64,000 nucleotides of DNA from Alphaproteobacteria bacterium (GTDB taxonomy: Bacteria; Pseudomonadota; Alphaproteobacteria; JAAXGF01), in assembly GCA_963555825.3 (NCBI GenBank), contig CAUVXB020000001.1, positions 672,001-736,000 of the forward strand, read 5' to 3'. Positions 32,047 through 42,708 of this stretch are shown piece by piece (the stretch's first letter is position 1; every line of letters begins with the position of its first letter). The position numbers were made by a program, and so were the translations under genes. The notes under the pieces were generated by a model that saw nothing but the letters and a program-made list of their open reading frames with translations, did no database searches and was not told the origin of the DNA.

Positions 32047-32514
32047 TCAGGCGATCTCGAAGAGCGCGTCGACCTCGACGGCGACGCCGAGCGGCAGCGA
32101 GCCGGCGCCCATGGCGAAGCGCGCGTGGCGGCCTTTGTCGCCGAATACCTCGACCATCAGGTCCGAGGCGCCGTTGATCACCTTGGGGTGGTCCGTGAAA
32201 TCGGGCGTCGCGTTGACGAAGCCGCCCAGCTTGACGCAACGCACGACGCGGTCGAGGTCGCCGCCGCAGGCCGCCTTGAGCTGCGACAGGATGTTGATCG
32301 CGCAGAGCCGCGCGGCCCGCGCGCCTTCCTCGACGTCGATGTCCTGGCCCAGCTTGCCGATATGCTTGAACGCGCCGTCCTCGACGGTCACCTGACCCGA
32401 TATGTAGACGTGGTTGCCGCTGACCACGTAGCCGACGTAGTTGGCGACGGGCGCCGCGGCCTCGGGTAGTTCGATGCCGATTTCGGCAAGGCGGTTGTCG
32501 ATCGTGCCGGCCAT
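32047..32514 (-). CDS. RidA/YjgF family protein
   Basis: PVANYV, YISGQ, INGASDL, GRHARFA, VAVEVD. Confidence 0.9.
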   Translation of the reverse strand: MAGTIDNRLAEIGIELPEAAAPVANYVGYVVSGNHVYISGQVTVEDGAFKHIGKLGQDIDVEEGARAARLCAINILSQLKAACGGDLDRVVRCVKLGGFVNATPDFTDHPKVINGASDLMVEVFGDKGRHARFAMGAGSLPLGVAVEVDALFEIA

Positions 32515-32641
32515 GGTTGGTGTCTCCTCTGTTTGTCGGTTGGGCGTTGGTCTAAAGCCATATGAATAGGCTGTCAAACGCCGGCTGCGCCGCGCGATTC
32601 ACTGGTTGACGCGGGTTGCCGATCGGCACAGGTTCTAGGGC

Positions 32642-33439
32642 ATGTCGAAGACGTTGCCGAATTTGCTCGCCGGGCTCGCGGTCGTGTTGACGACGGTGGC
32701 CGGCGGCGCAGCCGCCCACGCCGATCTGGTCTCGCACCGGGCGTTCTACGAGATGTCGCTCCTGTCGGCGCGCTACGGCAGCGACATCGCCGCGCTCAAG
32801 GGCAAGATGGTGCTCCAGGTCGTCGATACCTGCGACGGCTGGACGCTCGATCAGCGCATCGCGCTCACGATTTCCGATCCGAAGGGCGGCGAGCTTAATT
32901 CGTACATCACCTTCGCGAGCTGGGAATCGAAAGACGGTTCGCGGTTCTCGTTCCGCCAGCAGACGCGCTTCGGCGACCATCTGGTCGAGGAATCGAGCGG
33001 TCGCGCCGAACTCGACGCATCGACCGGCGGCACGGCTTATTACACCAAGCCCGAGGAGATCGAGATCGTCCTGCCGCCGGGCACCGTCTTCCCGACGCGG
33101 CACACCGACCGCGTGATCGAGGGCGCGATGGCCGGCGAATCGCAGGTCGCCGTGATCGTGTTCGACGGCTCGTCGCTCGACAATCCGAGCAATGTGTATG
33201 CCTTCATCGTTCTGCCGCGAGAAATGGCGGAGCTGGCCGAGGGCGAGGGGCCGCGGATGACTTGGCCGATCTACCTCGCCTTCTTCCCGATGACCAAGGC
33301 GTCGGCCGTGCCCGAAGTCGAAATCGGCATGCTGCTGCAGGACGACGGGGTCGCGCGCTCGGTCGACCTCGACTACGGCGACTTCGCGATCCACGGCGAG
33401 CTGCTCGAATTCGAGGTGATCGCACCGAAGGATTGCTGA
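32642..33439 (+). CDS. eipB: Cell envelope integrity protein EipB (DUF1849)
   Basis: Signal peptide, LVSHRAFYEMSL, DTCDGW, WESKDG, FPTRH, terminal Cys. Confidence 0.78.
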   Translation: MSKTLPNLLAGLAVVLTTVAGGAAAHADLVSHRAFYEMSLLSARYGSDIAALKGKMVLQVVDTCDGWTLDQRIALTISDPKGGELNSYITFASWESKDGSRFSFRQQTRFGDHLVEESSGRAELDASTGGTAYYTKPEEIEIVLPPGTVFPTRHTDRVIEGAMAGESQVAVIVFDGSSLDNPSNVYAFIVLPREMAELAEGEGPRMTWPIYLAFFPMTKASAVPEVEIGMLLQDDGVARSVDLDYGDFAIHGELLEFEVIAPKDC

Positions 33440-33443
33440 GTGG

Positions 33444-34445
33444 ATGGCAAGAGGACGCGCAGACGAAATTCCGGTCGTCGACCTCGGCGCGCTGTTCTCC
33501 GAGCCGGCCGATGACGTCGTCGGTTCGATCGCGCGGGAGGTTCGCGCCGCCTGTCTCGGTACGGGCTTCTTCTACATCGCGAACCATGGCGTCGCTGAGG
33601 CGCTGATCACCGAGGCGTTCGCCGCGAACCGCGCGTTCCACGCCCGGCCGTTGGCCGAGAAGCTCGCGCTCAAGCTCAACCTGTGGCACCGGGGTTACCA
33701 GCCCTTCGCGACCTCGACGCTCAAGTCCTCGGCCCGCTTCGCGCCGGCGACGCGCGCCAACCAGCTCGAGTCATTCTTCATTCGCCACGAGGTCTCGCCG
33801 AGCGATCCCAGGTACCGGGTCAAGGAGCTGATGGGGCCCAATCAATGGCCCGACGATGCCGGCTTCCGCGACGTCGTCGGCCATTACGATGCGGCGCTCA
33901 CGGCGCTCGGGCTGCGGCTCCTGCCGGTCTTCTCGGTCGCCGTCGGCGAGGGCCCCGGCTTCTTCGGCCGCTACTTCGGCCCGCCCTCGACGGCGCTCCG
34001 CCTGATCCACTACCCGATGCCGCCCGAGGATCGGCCCGACGACCTCTTGGGCATCCAGCCGCACACCGACTACGGCTTCTTCACCATCCTCGCCCAGGAC
34101 GACGTCGGCGGGCTCGAGGTGCAGCGGGTCGACGGCAGCTGGATCGAGGCGCCCGATATCCCGGGCACGTTCCTGCTCAACATCGGCGACATCCTGGCGC
34201 GTTGGACCAACGAGGTGTTCAATTCGACGCCGCATCGCGTGGTCGGCAGGCTGGCCGGCCGCGACCGCTATTCGATGGGCATGTTTTTCGATCCGAACAT
34301 CGAGGCTGTCGTGCGCTGCCTCGACGGCTTCGCCGGCGGTGCGACGGCGGCCAAGCACGCGCCGATCCGTTACGGCAATTACTTCCGCCATCGCCTCGAT
34401 AGCAACTATCCCGATCGGGTTGGCGTCAGCGCCGCGATGGGCTGA
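33444..34445 (+). CDS. Isopenicillin N synthase family 2OG-Fe(II) oxygenase
   Basis: IPVVDL, GFFYIANHG, HTDYG, TPHRV, RYS. Confidence 0.9.
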   Translation: MARGRADEIPVVDLGALFSEPADDVVGSIAREVRAACLGTGFFYIANHGVAEALITEAFAANRAFHARPLAEKLALKLNLWHRGYQPFATSTLKSSARFAPATRANQLESFFIRHEVSPSDPRYRVKELMGPNQWPDDAGFRDVVGHYDAALTALGLRLLPVFSVAVGEGPGFFGRYFGPPSTALRLIHYPMPPEDRPDDLLGIQPHTDYGFFTILAQDDVGGLEVQRVDGSWIEAPDIPGTFLLNIGDILARWTNEVFNSTPHRVVGRLAGRDRYSMGMFFDPNIEAVVRCLDGFAGGATAAKHAPIRYGNYFRHRLDSNYPDRVGVSAAMG

Positions 34446-34446
34446 C

Positions 34447-35358
34447 ATGGCGTTCGACATCCATCCCGAGCTGTTGGCCATGCTCGCCGAATTCGACGCC
34501 ATCCCCGGCGGGGGGACGATCGAGGAGAAACGCGACGGCTGGCGCCGGTTCTGCTTCGAGACCCGGCGGCCGCGACCCGACGGCATGGCGGTCGAGGACC
34601 GAACCTTCCCCGGACCGGCCGGCGCCGTCCCGATCCGCGTATACCGCCCGGCCGGTGCGCCGGACCCGGCGCCAACGATTCTCTACATCCACGGCGGCGG
34701 CTTCATGACCGGCGATCTCGATACCAACGACACGATCGCCTGGGGCTTGGCCGAGCAGACCGGCTGCGTCGTGGTCAGCACGCACTACCGCCTGGCGCCC
34801 GAGAATCCCTACCCGGCGGCCTTCGACGACTGCTACGCGGCGTTTTGCCATGTCGCCGAATACGCCGCCGGGCCGATCGGCGTCTGCGGCGACAGCGCTG
34901 GCGGCAATCTGACGGCCGCCGTCAACCTCGCGGCGCGCGACCGGGGCGGGCCCCGGGCGGCGGCCCAGGCGATCGTCTATCCGGGTCTGCGCGGCGACGG
35001 CACGCTGCCGTCGTTCACGACCTACGCCGAAGCGCCGATCCAGTCGACCGCGGCGACCCTGATCTACCGCGCGGCCTATATGCCCGACCCGGCGACGCAC
35101 GACGACCCCTATGCCTGTCCACTGAAAGCGGAATTCTACGGCGACCTGCCGCCGGCCCTGGTCCATGTCGCCGAGATCGACGCCGCGCGCGACGAGGGCA
35201 GGGTCTACGCCGAGCGCATGGCGGCCGCCGGTGTCGACGTCACCTACCGCGTCGCGCCGCGCATGATCCACAGCTTCATGCGCGCGCGTTTCAACGGGCC
35301 GGCGGCGCAGGCCGAGTTCAACGTGATCTGCGACTTTCTCGCCCGTCACCTCAGGTGA
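34447..35358 (+). CDS. Alpha/beta hydrolase (HSL-like esterase)
   Basis: HGGGF, YRLAPE, GDSAGGNL. Confidence 0.9.
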   Translation: MAFDIHPELLAMLAEFDAIPGGGTIEEKRDGWRRFCFETRRPRPDGMAVEDRTFPGPAGAVPIRVYRPAGAPDPAPTILYIHGGGFMTGDLDTNDTIAWGLAEQTGCVVVSTHYRLAPENPYPAAFDDCYAAFCHVAEYAAGPIGVCGDSAGGNLTAAVNLAARDRGGPRAAAQAIVYPGLRGDGTLPSFTTYAEAPIQSTAATLIYRAAYMPDPATHDDPYACPLKAEFYGDLPPALVHVAEIDAARDEGRVYAERMAAAGVDVTYRVAPRMIHSFMRARFNGPAAQAEFNVICDFLARHLR

Positions 35359-35368
35359 CCGGCGAGAC

Positions 35369-36625
35369 CTAAGCGAGCAGGGAGTCCTCGAAGGGATAGC
35401 TGGTCAGGACTTCGATGCCGTCTTCCTTGACCAGGACCTGCTCTTCGAGTTTGACACCCTCGCGACCGCCGACGAAGCCGACGTAGCTCTCGACGCACAT
35501 CACCGTGTCGGCTTGGATCGCGCCGTCGTAGCCCTTGTCGTCCCAGTTGTCGGGAAAGACGATGCGCGGCGCCTCGTCGCACAGCCCGACGCCGTGCATC
35601 ACGGCCGAGTAGCTCTGGCAGTTCGCCGGTTTCCGGTAGGCGTTGTCGCTGATCTCGCGGAACGACGCGCCGGCCTTCAGAAGGCCGAGGTTGTGTTGGA
35701 TCTCTTCGTAAGACCGCTTGTAGAGATCGCGCTGGGTGTCGGTCGGCTTGCTCGGCCCGCAATGAAAGGTGCGCGAGATGTCGGCGCAGTAGCCGAACGG
35801 CCCGATCATGTCGGTGTCGAAGCCGACCAGATCGCCGTCCTCGATCCGCCGGTCGCTGGCCTCCTGCAGCCAGGGATTGGTGCGCGGGCCCGAGGTCAGC
35901 AGACGCGTGTCGTGCCAGTCGCCATCATTGGCCAGATTGGCGTAGTTCAAGAGGCCCCAGAGTTGGTTCTCGCGCAGCCCCGGCCGCAGCGCCTGCTTCA
36001 TCTTGGCCATGCCGTGCTCGGCGACGGCGATCGACCATTTTATGCATTCGATTTCTTCCGATGACTTGATCATCCGGGCGTCTTCCATGAGGACCTGCGC
36101 GTCGAGCACGTCGAGGCCCTCCTGGAGCAGCGCCTGGGTCGCCGCCGGGCTGACGTATTCGATTGCGATGCGCTGGTTGTCGGCGCCGATTTCGGTCATC
36201 AAGCCCTTCAGGTCGCGGCCGAAAAGCCGTGCCTGGTCGTCGAGGTTCGGGCCGCCGATGAAGGCGCTCATGTTGCGGCCTGGACGCGGCTCGTCGACGA
36301 CGCTCGCGCCGGTCGTCTCGGTCGGCACGTAGCCGCCATAGACGACGACGGGGCCCTCGACGGGAACCGCCAGATACATGAATTGGACGTGCGATTGGAA
36401 GGTCGGGAACTGGCGGATGTCGGCGGCGTAGCGCAGACTGATCGGGTTCAACAAGACGCAGAGCGGGATATCCCGGCGCGCCAGCTCGGCGCGGATGCGG
36501 TCCAGGCGGTAGCGCGCCATCGCGCCGAAATCGATCTCCGGCATCGGCCGGATGTCGGCGAGCCGGCTCCAATCGTCGTTCAGGAGGAGGTCGTTGGCGG
36601 TCATGTGATCAGCGTTCACTTTCAT
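35369..36625 (-). CDS. M24 family metallopeptidase, DddP (DMSP lyase)-like
   Basis: SGPRTNPWLQE, FDTDMIG..GYCADISR, HGVGLCDE, VESYVG, GVKLEEQVL. Confidence 0.75.
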   Translation of the reverse strand: MKVNADHMTANDLLLNDDWSRLADIRPMPEIDFGAMARYRLDRIRAELARRDIPLCVLLNPISLRYAADIRQFPTFQSHVQFMYLAVPVEGPVVVYGGYVPTETTGASVVDEPRPGRNMSAFIGGPNLDDQARLFGRDLKGLMTEIGADNQRIAIEYVSPAATQALLQEGLDVLDAQVLMEDARMIKSSEEIECIKWSIAVAEHGMAKMKQALRPGLRENQLWGLLNYANLANDGDWHDTRLLTSGPRTNPWLQEASDRRIEDGDLVGFDTDMIGPFGYCADISRTFHCGPSKPTDTQRDLYKRSYEEIQHNLGLLKAGASFREISDNAYRKPANCQSYSAVMHGVGLCDEAPRIVFPDNWDDKGYDGAIQADTVMCVESYVGFVGGREGVKLEEQVLVKEDGIEVLTSYPFEDSLLA

Positions 36626-36637
36626 GCATTGAATGTT

Positions 36638-37543
36638 TCACGACATCGGCCACAGCCAGGCGGCGCCACGGACCCCGCTGGCGTCGCCGTGACGGGCAGG
36701 CAACAGTCGCGTATCGACCCGGTCCGAGAAGACGAAGCGATGCCACATCTGTGGCACGTTCTCGTATAGCGCGGCGAGGTTCGACAGGCCGCCGCCGAGC
36801 ACGACGACGTCGGGATCGACGATATTGATGACGCCGGCGAGCGCGCGGGCGAGGCGCTCCTCGTAGCGGCCCAGAGCGGCCGTCGCAAGGTCTTCGCCGC
36901 CGGCCGCGCGGCGGGCGATCTCGTCCGGGCCGAGCCGCTCGCCACGATGGCTGGCGTCGTCGCGCGCCAGGCCAGGGCCTGACAGGAAGGTCTCGACGCA
37001 GCCGTGGCGGCCGCAATAGCAGGCCGGGCCGGGCCGCTCGCCGTCGTTCGGCCAGGGCAGGGGGTTGTGGCCCCATTCGCCGGCGATCGCGTTGGACCCC
37101 TCCAGCACCCGGCCGTCGATCACGATGCCGCCACCGACGCCGGTGCCCAGGATGACGCCGAAGACGACCGCGCAACCGGCCGCGGCGCCGTCGACGGCCT
37201 CCGACAGCGCGAAGCAGTTGGCGTCGTTGGCGAGACGAATGGGTCGATTCAGGGCGGCGGCGAGGTCCTGGCGCAGAGGACGGCCGATGAGCCACACCGA
37301 GTTGGCGTTCTTGATCAACCCGGTGGCGCGCTGCTCGGCGCCCGGGATGCCGACGCCGACGCTGCCCGAGCGGCCGGTCTCGTTCTCGATGTTCGCGACC
37401 AGCCCGGCGACCGCCGAGACAGTCGCGTGGTAATCGTCCCGGGGCGTCGCGACGCGGTGGCGCGCCAACACCTCTCCGCCGTCACCGAGACCAACCGCCT
37501 CGATCTTGGTGCCGCCGAGGTCGATGCCGATGCGCATGGTCAA
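36638..37543 (-). CDS. ROK family sugar kinase (fructokinase Mak-like)
   Basis: GIDLGGTKIE, NDANCFALSE, GTGVGGG, GEWGHNPLP, CYCG..GCVE. Confidence 0.9.
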   Translation of the reverse strand: MTMRIGIDLGGTKIEAVGLGDGGEVLARHRVATPRDDYHATVSAVAGLVANIENETGRSGSVGVGIPGAEQRATGLIKNANSVWLIGRPLRQDLAAALNRPIRLANDANCFALSEAVDGAAAGCAVVFGVILGTGVGGGIVIDGRVLEGSNAIAGEWGHNPLPWPNDGERPGPACYCGRHGCVETFLSGPGLARDDASHRGERLGPDEIARRAAGGEDLATAALGRYEERLARALAGVINIVDPDVVVLGGGLSNLAALYENVPQMWHRFVFSDRVDTRLLPARHGDASGVRGAAWLWPMS

Positions 37544-38217
37544 TAACCCCGTGCCGTTAGGTCGGCCTCGATCAGCGTTCGCGCCGTCGCCCAGTCGTCG
37601 GCCCGGTGATGGCTCGCCGGTGCCGGGCCGATCAATTCCGCGAGCCGCCGGTTGGCGACGAAGTGCAGGCGCCAGACATGGCCCGCGTCACGCGCCACCG
37701 ATTCGTGGTGCCGTGGGCTGTCGTCGATGAAATAGCCCGGCGCCGCCGCGCGCGCCGCGAGTTCGCGGACCGCCGGCCCCTTGACGCCGATGTTGGCGAC
37801 CAATGGCACGTCCATGCCGTGGCGCTTCAGCCAGTCCTGGCGCCGCGCGCGTTCGGCCGGTGGCACGTTCGACAGCACGACTACCTGGGCGCGCCGCGAC
37901 AGAGTACCGATCGCCGCGGCGGCGCCCTCGACCGGCGCGAGCTGGTCGACACAGTCGGTGAAGAAATCACCCACCAACACGCCGACGGCGGCGTTCTCGA
38001 TGGCTGTGTCGTCCGACCGGCGCAGGATGTGGCCGTTGAGCTTGTACTCGCGCCAGGTGAAGTAGAGGCCCCGATGCGCCAGATAGGCCTCGAAGCCGGT
38101 CATGAAGTCGGCAATCACCTCGTCGGCATCGCAGATGATCACCGGGCGCTCGCGCTGGATCGCCAGTTCGTCGATTTGGCGTGCGACGTCGGCGTGGAGG
38201 TCGGTGTCGTCGGACAC
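37540..38217 (-). CDS. Conserved hypothetical, HAD-like
   Basis: ICDADEV and FIDD motifs; GTG start assumed. Confidence 0.65.
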   Translation of the reverse strand: MSDDTDLHADVARQIDELAIQRERPVIICDADEVIADFMTGFEAYLAHRGLYFTWREYKLNGHILRRSDDTAIENAAVGVLVGDFFTDCVDQLAPVEGAAAAIGTLSRRAQVVVLSNVPPAERARRQDWLKRHGMDVPLVANIGVKGPAVRELAARAAAPGYFIDDSPRHHESVARDAGHVWRLHFVANRRLAELIGPAPASHHRADDWATARTLIEADLTARGY

Positions 38218-38314
38218 CCGGCGGTCTCCTCTATCAGTCGGTCGCAACCCATCGCTATGGTCAAAAACAAACGCCGCCTGAGGGGCGGCGTCGTCGCAGC
38301 GGGCTTCGGTACGG

Positions 38315-38482
38315 CTAGCGGAGCTTGGTCTCCTTGAACACGACGTGCTTGCGCACGACCGGGTCGTATTTGCGAAACGACAGCTTCTCGGTCGTGTTCC
38401 GCGGGTTCTTTTTGGTCACGTAATAGAAACCCGTGTCCGCGGTGCTTTCCAACTTGATCAAAATCGTGTTCGACTTGGCCAT
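38315..38482 (-). CDS. rpmG: 50S ribosomal protein L33
   Basis: [55 protein letters not shown] (below ORF-track cutoff, translated manually). Confidence 0.95.
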   Translation of the reverse strand: MAKSNTILIKLESTADTGFYYVTKKNPRNTTEKLSFRKYDPVVRKHVVFKETKLR

Positions 38483-38554
38483 GGTTCGCTGTTTCGTCTC
38501 GAGTGGTCGGGCGCTGTGATTGGCGCGCGCACCATAGCCGCTTTGGCCTGTCTG

Positions 38555-39727
38555 TCAAGGTCGGCGGCGGCGGCGTTTCTTGACGTATTCCCAGATCGGG
38601 ATGGGCAGATAGAGCGCAAACGCGACGCCGATGACGATCGGCAGGCCGTGCGGTTCCAGCAGTTCCATGGTGGCGCCGCCGATCGGCGGGCCGGCGACGC
38701 TGCCGGCGCCCCACATGACACCGAAGACGACGCTCGCCGAGGCCAGGTCGGCGCCGCGAAAGCGTTCGCCGAGCAGCACCAGTGCGAGGGTATAAAGCGA
38801 GGCGAACATGCCGCCGAAGGCGAACATGAAGACCATGTTCCAGGTCTCGACGGCGATAACGAACGGCATTGCCGCCGCGCCGGCGATGACGGTCGACACC
38901 GTGACGACGACCAGCAGGTGGCGGTCCACGCGATCGGCCAACCAACCCATCGGTAGCTGAAAGACCAAGCCGCCGACGCCGGCGATAGTGAGCAGTGTCA
39001 ACGACGACGCCTCGCCGAGTCCGAGGTCGATCGTGTAGATCGGCAGGAAAGTCAGGAACGCCATGTCGGTCGCCGCATAAACGCCATTGAGCAGCAGGGC
39101 GGCGGGGGCGATCAGGAGGAAGGCCGGCAGGCCAATCGAGGGCCTGCCGCTGACGTCGGGAACGACATCGGCGGCGAACAGGAGCGGCGCGCCCGAGATG
39201 GCGATCAACGCTGCCGCTGCGAGGAACGGCGGCCATCCTTCGGTGCCGGTCAGCACCAGGACAAAGGGGCCGATCGCCATGCCGGCGGACAACGCCGCGG
39301 TATAACAGGCGACGACACGGCCGCGCGCGCTGTCGTCGACCATCTGGTTGACCCAGGCCTCGCCACCGATCCACAAAAGGCTGCCGCTGACGCCGAGCAA
39401 AAAGCGAAGCGGGAACCAGGCATAGACGTTCGGGAACACCGGCAGCAGTAGAAAAACAGCGATCGTCATCAGCATCGAGCCGATCATCAGCCGCGCAAGG
39501 CCGAACCGGGCAATCCAGCGCGGCATGAATGGCGCGATTGTGAAGACGGCGACAGCCTGGGTCGCGGAGCTGAGGCCGATCAGGCTCCTTTCGACACCCT
39601 GCGCCTCGAGCACGAGGGCAAGCAACGGCATGGTCAGCCCATGGATCAGGCTGAGCACGGTAAGCGACGCGGTGACGGCGATCAGGCTGCGCCGCTGCTC
39701 GCCGGACGTCGGCGTGGCCTTACTCAA
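38555..39727 (-). CDS. MFS transporter
   Basis: About 12 hydrophobic segments, GWLADRVDR motif. Confidence 0.88.
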   Translation of the reverse strand: MSKATPTSGEQRRSLIAVTASLTVLSLIHGLTMPLLALVLEAQGVERSLIGLSSATQAVAVFTIAPFMPRWIARFGLARLMIGSMLMTIAVFLLLPVFPNVYAWFPLRFLLGVSGSLLWIGGEAWVNQMVDDSARGRVVACYTAALSAGMAIGPFVLVLTGTEGWPPFLAAAALIAISGAPLLFAADVVPDVSGRPSIGLPAFLLIAPAALLLNGVYAATDMAFLTFLPIYTIDLGLGEASSLTLLTIAGVGGLVFQLPMGWLADRVDRHLLVVVTVSTVIAGAAAMPFVIAVETWNMVFMFAFGGMFASLYTLALVLLGERFRGADLASASVVFGVMWGAGSVAGPPIGGATMELLEPHGLPIVIGVAFALYLPIPIWEYVKKRRRRRP

Positions 39728-40427
39728 GGATCACGCGGCCGACTCTGTTGACGTAGCACAGCAGCGGCACCGGGAGTGCCGCACGTTGACCCGACGAAAG
39801 TGCCAGTCGGTCGCGCACCGCGCCCAGCACGAATTCGGTAACGTCGACGACGTTCAGTTTCTTCCAGCCACCGTCGAGCGACACCCAGCGCAGATCGAGA
39901 AGCTCGCCGCCTTGGCGCAGCTCACCCATCGCATGGCGGGCGTCGACCATGAAAAAGCGCGTGTTGAAGCGGCGTGGCATGAGGGTCGGCGTGATCGCAC
40001 GCGCAACGTATTCGAGACGCGCAAACGCCGGCGCCGCGCCGGCTTGTGCGAACGCGCGCCAGATCAGCGATGTCGCGTCGCGCGGGGCGTCGCGCGGGGC
40101 GTCGTGCCGGGCGACCGGATCACCGAGCAGGAAACCGGTTTCCTCATGGGTCTCGCGGATCGCCGCCATGGCGAGCGCCGGCGCGGGCGACGCGCCGCAT
40201 CTGCGGGTCAGCCGCTGCGCGACGTCGGGGCGGAGTTCGATCCCGCTGGGCACGTCGTAATCCGCAGGATCGACGCGGCCGCCAGGAAAAACATAGATAT
40301 TGGGAAGAAAGGCAGCGCGCGGGCGCCGGCGTCCCATCAACACTTCGGCCTTGGCGCCGCGGCCGCGCACAAGCACCACGCTGGCGCCATCGACGGGACG
40401 AACCGGGCGGCTGATGGACGGGGTCAC
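39720..40427 (-). CDS. NUDIX hydrolase
   Basis: YVFPGGRVD, AAIRETHEETG, RAITP...RRFNTRFF. Confidence 0.85.
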   Translation of the reverse strand: MTPSISRPVRPVDGASVVLVRGRGAKAEVLMGRRRPRAAFLPNIYVFPGGRVDPADYDVPSGIELRPDVAQRLTRRCGASPAPALAMAAIRETHEETGFLLGDPVARHDAPRDAPRDATSLIWRAFAQAGAAPAFARLEYVARAITPTLMPRRFNTRFFMVDARHAMGELRQGGELLDLRWVSLDGGWKKLNVVDVTEFVLGAVRDRLALSSGQRAALPVPLLCYVNRVGRVILE

Positions 40428-40513
40428 GGGCGCTTCCTCTCCACGGGTTTCTGTCGCGGCCGTGTAGACTGCGTTCGGCGATGCCTGCTGTCCAGCGGGG
40501 CGTCGCATCGTTC

Positions 40514-40540
40514 AAAAAAAGGCGGCGCCGAAGCGCCGCC
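40514..40540 (-). terminator. Rho-independent terminator of mucR
   Basis: Minus strand GGCGGCGC-TTCG-GCGCCGCC followed by T7. Confidence 0.85.
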
Positions 40541-40564
40541 TGTGCGTCTCCCGATGACGCGGTA

Positions 40565-41017
40565 TTATTTCTTCTTCCGCGGCCTGCCGCGTTTCGGCTT
40601 GGCGCGCTTGCGGCCGAGACCGATCTTCTTAGCGAAAGCGGACCGCTGCGCCGCGTAACTGGGCGCGACCATCGGATAGTCGGCTGGCAGGCCCCACTTG
40701 GCGCGGTATTCCTCGGGCGTCAGACCATAGGTTGTGCGCAAGTGCCGCTTGAGCATCTTGAGCTTCTTGCCGTCCTCGAGGCAGATGATGAAATCGGGGG
40801 TGATCGACTTGCGAATCGTTACCGCTGGCTTCTGTGGCGTCTGTGTTACCGCGGCTTCGCCGCTCTTCTGTGCGTTCAATGTCGTGTACACTGAACGAAT
40901 GACTTCCGGAATCTCTGATCCGGACAAATCATTGTGGCTGACATAAGCAGAAACAATCTGCGTCGTCATGCTCAATATTTCGTCGTGGGAGGGATTCGCT
41001 GCAGTATCGCGTTCCAT
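40565..41017 (-). CDS. mucR: MucR/Ros family transcriptional regulator
   Basis: IVSAYVSHN, ICLEDGKKLKMLKRHL, YPMVAPSYA. Confidence 0.93.
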   Translation of the reverse strand: MERDTAANPSHDEILSMTTQIVSAYVSHNDLSGSEIPEVIRSVYTTLNAQKSGEAAVTQTPQKPAVTIRKSITPDFIICLEDGKKLKMLKRHLRTTYGLTPEEYRAKWGLPADYPMVAPSYAAQRSAFAKKIGLGRKRAKPKRGRPRKKK

Positions 41018-41385
41018 GTTAGCGGGTCCTATAGTTGCAATCATCTTGCGTTTAGTTGTCATGCCCCGGCTGATCTGTCAACGAAAAACATCGCCCAGTA
41101 TTTGACAATCCTGGGCGACGTGCACGGCATATTTTTGACTCGAAAGAGAAACCAGTCGAGGAAGCATGTTTCACTATCTGCCGATAGGTATCATGAGTGC
41201 GATGATGAAACGATACTCCGGTGTTGTGTTTGGCTGGCGTGCTACCGCAACATATGCTACGAGGGTCGCCTCGCACTCACTCTAATGAGATGCGCCGGGC
41301 GGGAATAGGTATCGCTAGCCTGTAGTATGAAAGACTAGATCGGCGTTGCGTGTTCCGCCGCCGACAGGGACGAAAGGCCACGCCA

Positions 41386-42687
41386 ATGTCGATTGCCTAC
41401 GCCGACGCCAACGACGGCTTCTTCACGCGCTCGCTCGCCGACGTCGACGCCGATATAAAGGCGTCGATCGACGAGGAGCTTCGCCGTCAAAACGACGGCA
41501 TCGAACTGATCGCATCCGAGAACATCGTGAGCCGCGCCGTGATCGAGGCGCAGGGTTCGATCATGACCAACAAATACGCCGAGGGATATCCGTCGCGGCG
41601 CTACTACGGTGGCTGCGAATTCGTCGATGTCGCCGAGACGCTGGCCATCGCGCGCGCCAAGGAGCTGTTTGGCTGCACGTTCGCCAACGTTCAGCCGCAT
41701 TCGGGCGCGCAGGCCAACCAAGGCGTCTTCATGGCATTGCTCAAGCCAGGCGATACCATCCTCGGCCTCGCGCTCGCCGCCGGCGGTCACCTGACCCACG
41801 GCGCGGCACCCAACCAATCGGGCAAATGGTTCAACGCAGTGCAGTACGGCGTGAACGAGGGCGACGGGCGTATCGATTACGACGCGCTCGCGCGCATCGC
41901 CGAAGAGTGTCGCCCGAAGCTGATCATCGCCGGTGGTTCAGCCTATCCGCGGGTTCTGGATTTCGCGCGTTTTCGCGAGATCGCCGATGCCGTCGACGCT
42001 AAATTGATGGTCGACATGGCGCATTTCGCGGGTCTCGTCGCGGCCGGCGTCCACCCTAGCCCGATGGCGCACGCCGATGTCGTGACCACGACGACGCACA
42101 AGACTCTGCGCGGACCGCGCGGCGGCATGATCCTGAGCAACGACGAAGACCTCGGCAAGAAGATCAACTCGGCGATCTTCCCCGGTCTTCAGGGCGGCCC
42201 GCTGATGCATGTGATCGCCGCCAAGGCGGTCGCTTTCGGCGAGGCGTTGACGCCAGCCTTCAAGGTCTATGCCCAGGCCGTTGCCGATAACGCGCAGACG
42301 CTCGCCACTACGCTGATGTCGCGCGGCTTCGATCTGGTCTCGGGCGGTACCGACACGCATCTCATGCTGGTCGATCTGCGCAGCAAGGGGCTGACCGGCA
42401 ACATCGCCGAACGAAGCCTCGAGAACGCGACGTTGACCTGCAACAAGAACGCCGTGCCGTTCGATCCCGAGAAGCCGATGGTGACCTCGGGCATCCGGCT
42501 CGGCACGCCGGCGGCGACAACGCGCGGTTTCGGCACTGACGAGTTCGGCCAGGTCGGCGACCTCATCGCCGACGTGCTCGACGCGCTGGTCGATAACCGC
42601 GATGACAACAGCGCCGCCGAATCGACCGCGCGCGAGCGGGTCGGGGCGTTGTGCCGGCGGTTTCCGATTTATCCCGATTTAATCTAA
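41386..42687 (+). CDS. glyA: Serine hydroxymethyltransferase
   Basis: [29 protein letters not shown]. Confidence 0.98.
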   Translation: MSIAYADANDGFFTRSLADVDADIKASIDEELRRQNDGIELIASENIVSRAVIEAQGSIMTNKYAEGYPSRRYYGGCEFVDVAETLAIARAKELFGCTFANVQPHSGAQANQGVFMALLKPGDTILGLALAAGGHLTHGAAPNQSGKWFNAVQYGVNEGDGRIDYDALARIAEECRPKLIIAGGSAYPRVLDFARFREIADAVDAKLMVDMAHFAGLVAAGVHPSPMAHADVVTTTTHKTLRGPRGGMILSNDEDLGKKINSAIFPGLQGGPLMHVIAAKAVAFGEALTPAFKVYAQAVADNAQTLATTLMSRGFDLVSGGTDTHLMLVDLRSKGLTGNIAERSLENATLTCNKNAVPFDPEKPMVTSGIRLGTPAATTRGFGTDEFGQVGDLIADVLDALVDNRDDNSAAESTARERVGALCRRFPIYPDLI

Positions 42688-42708
42688 GCCAGGCAGGGTG
42701 GGAGAAGT

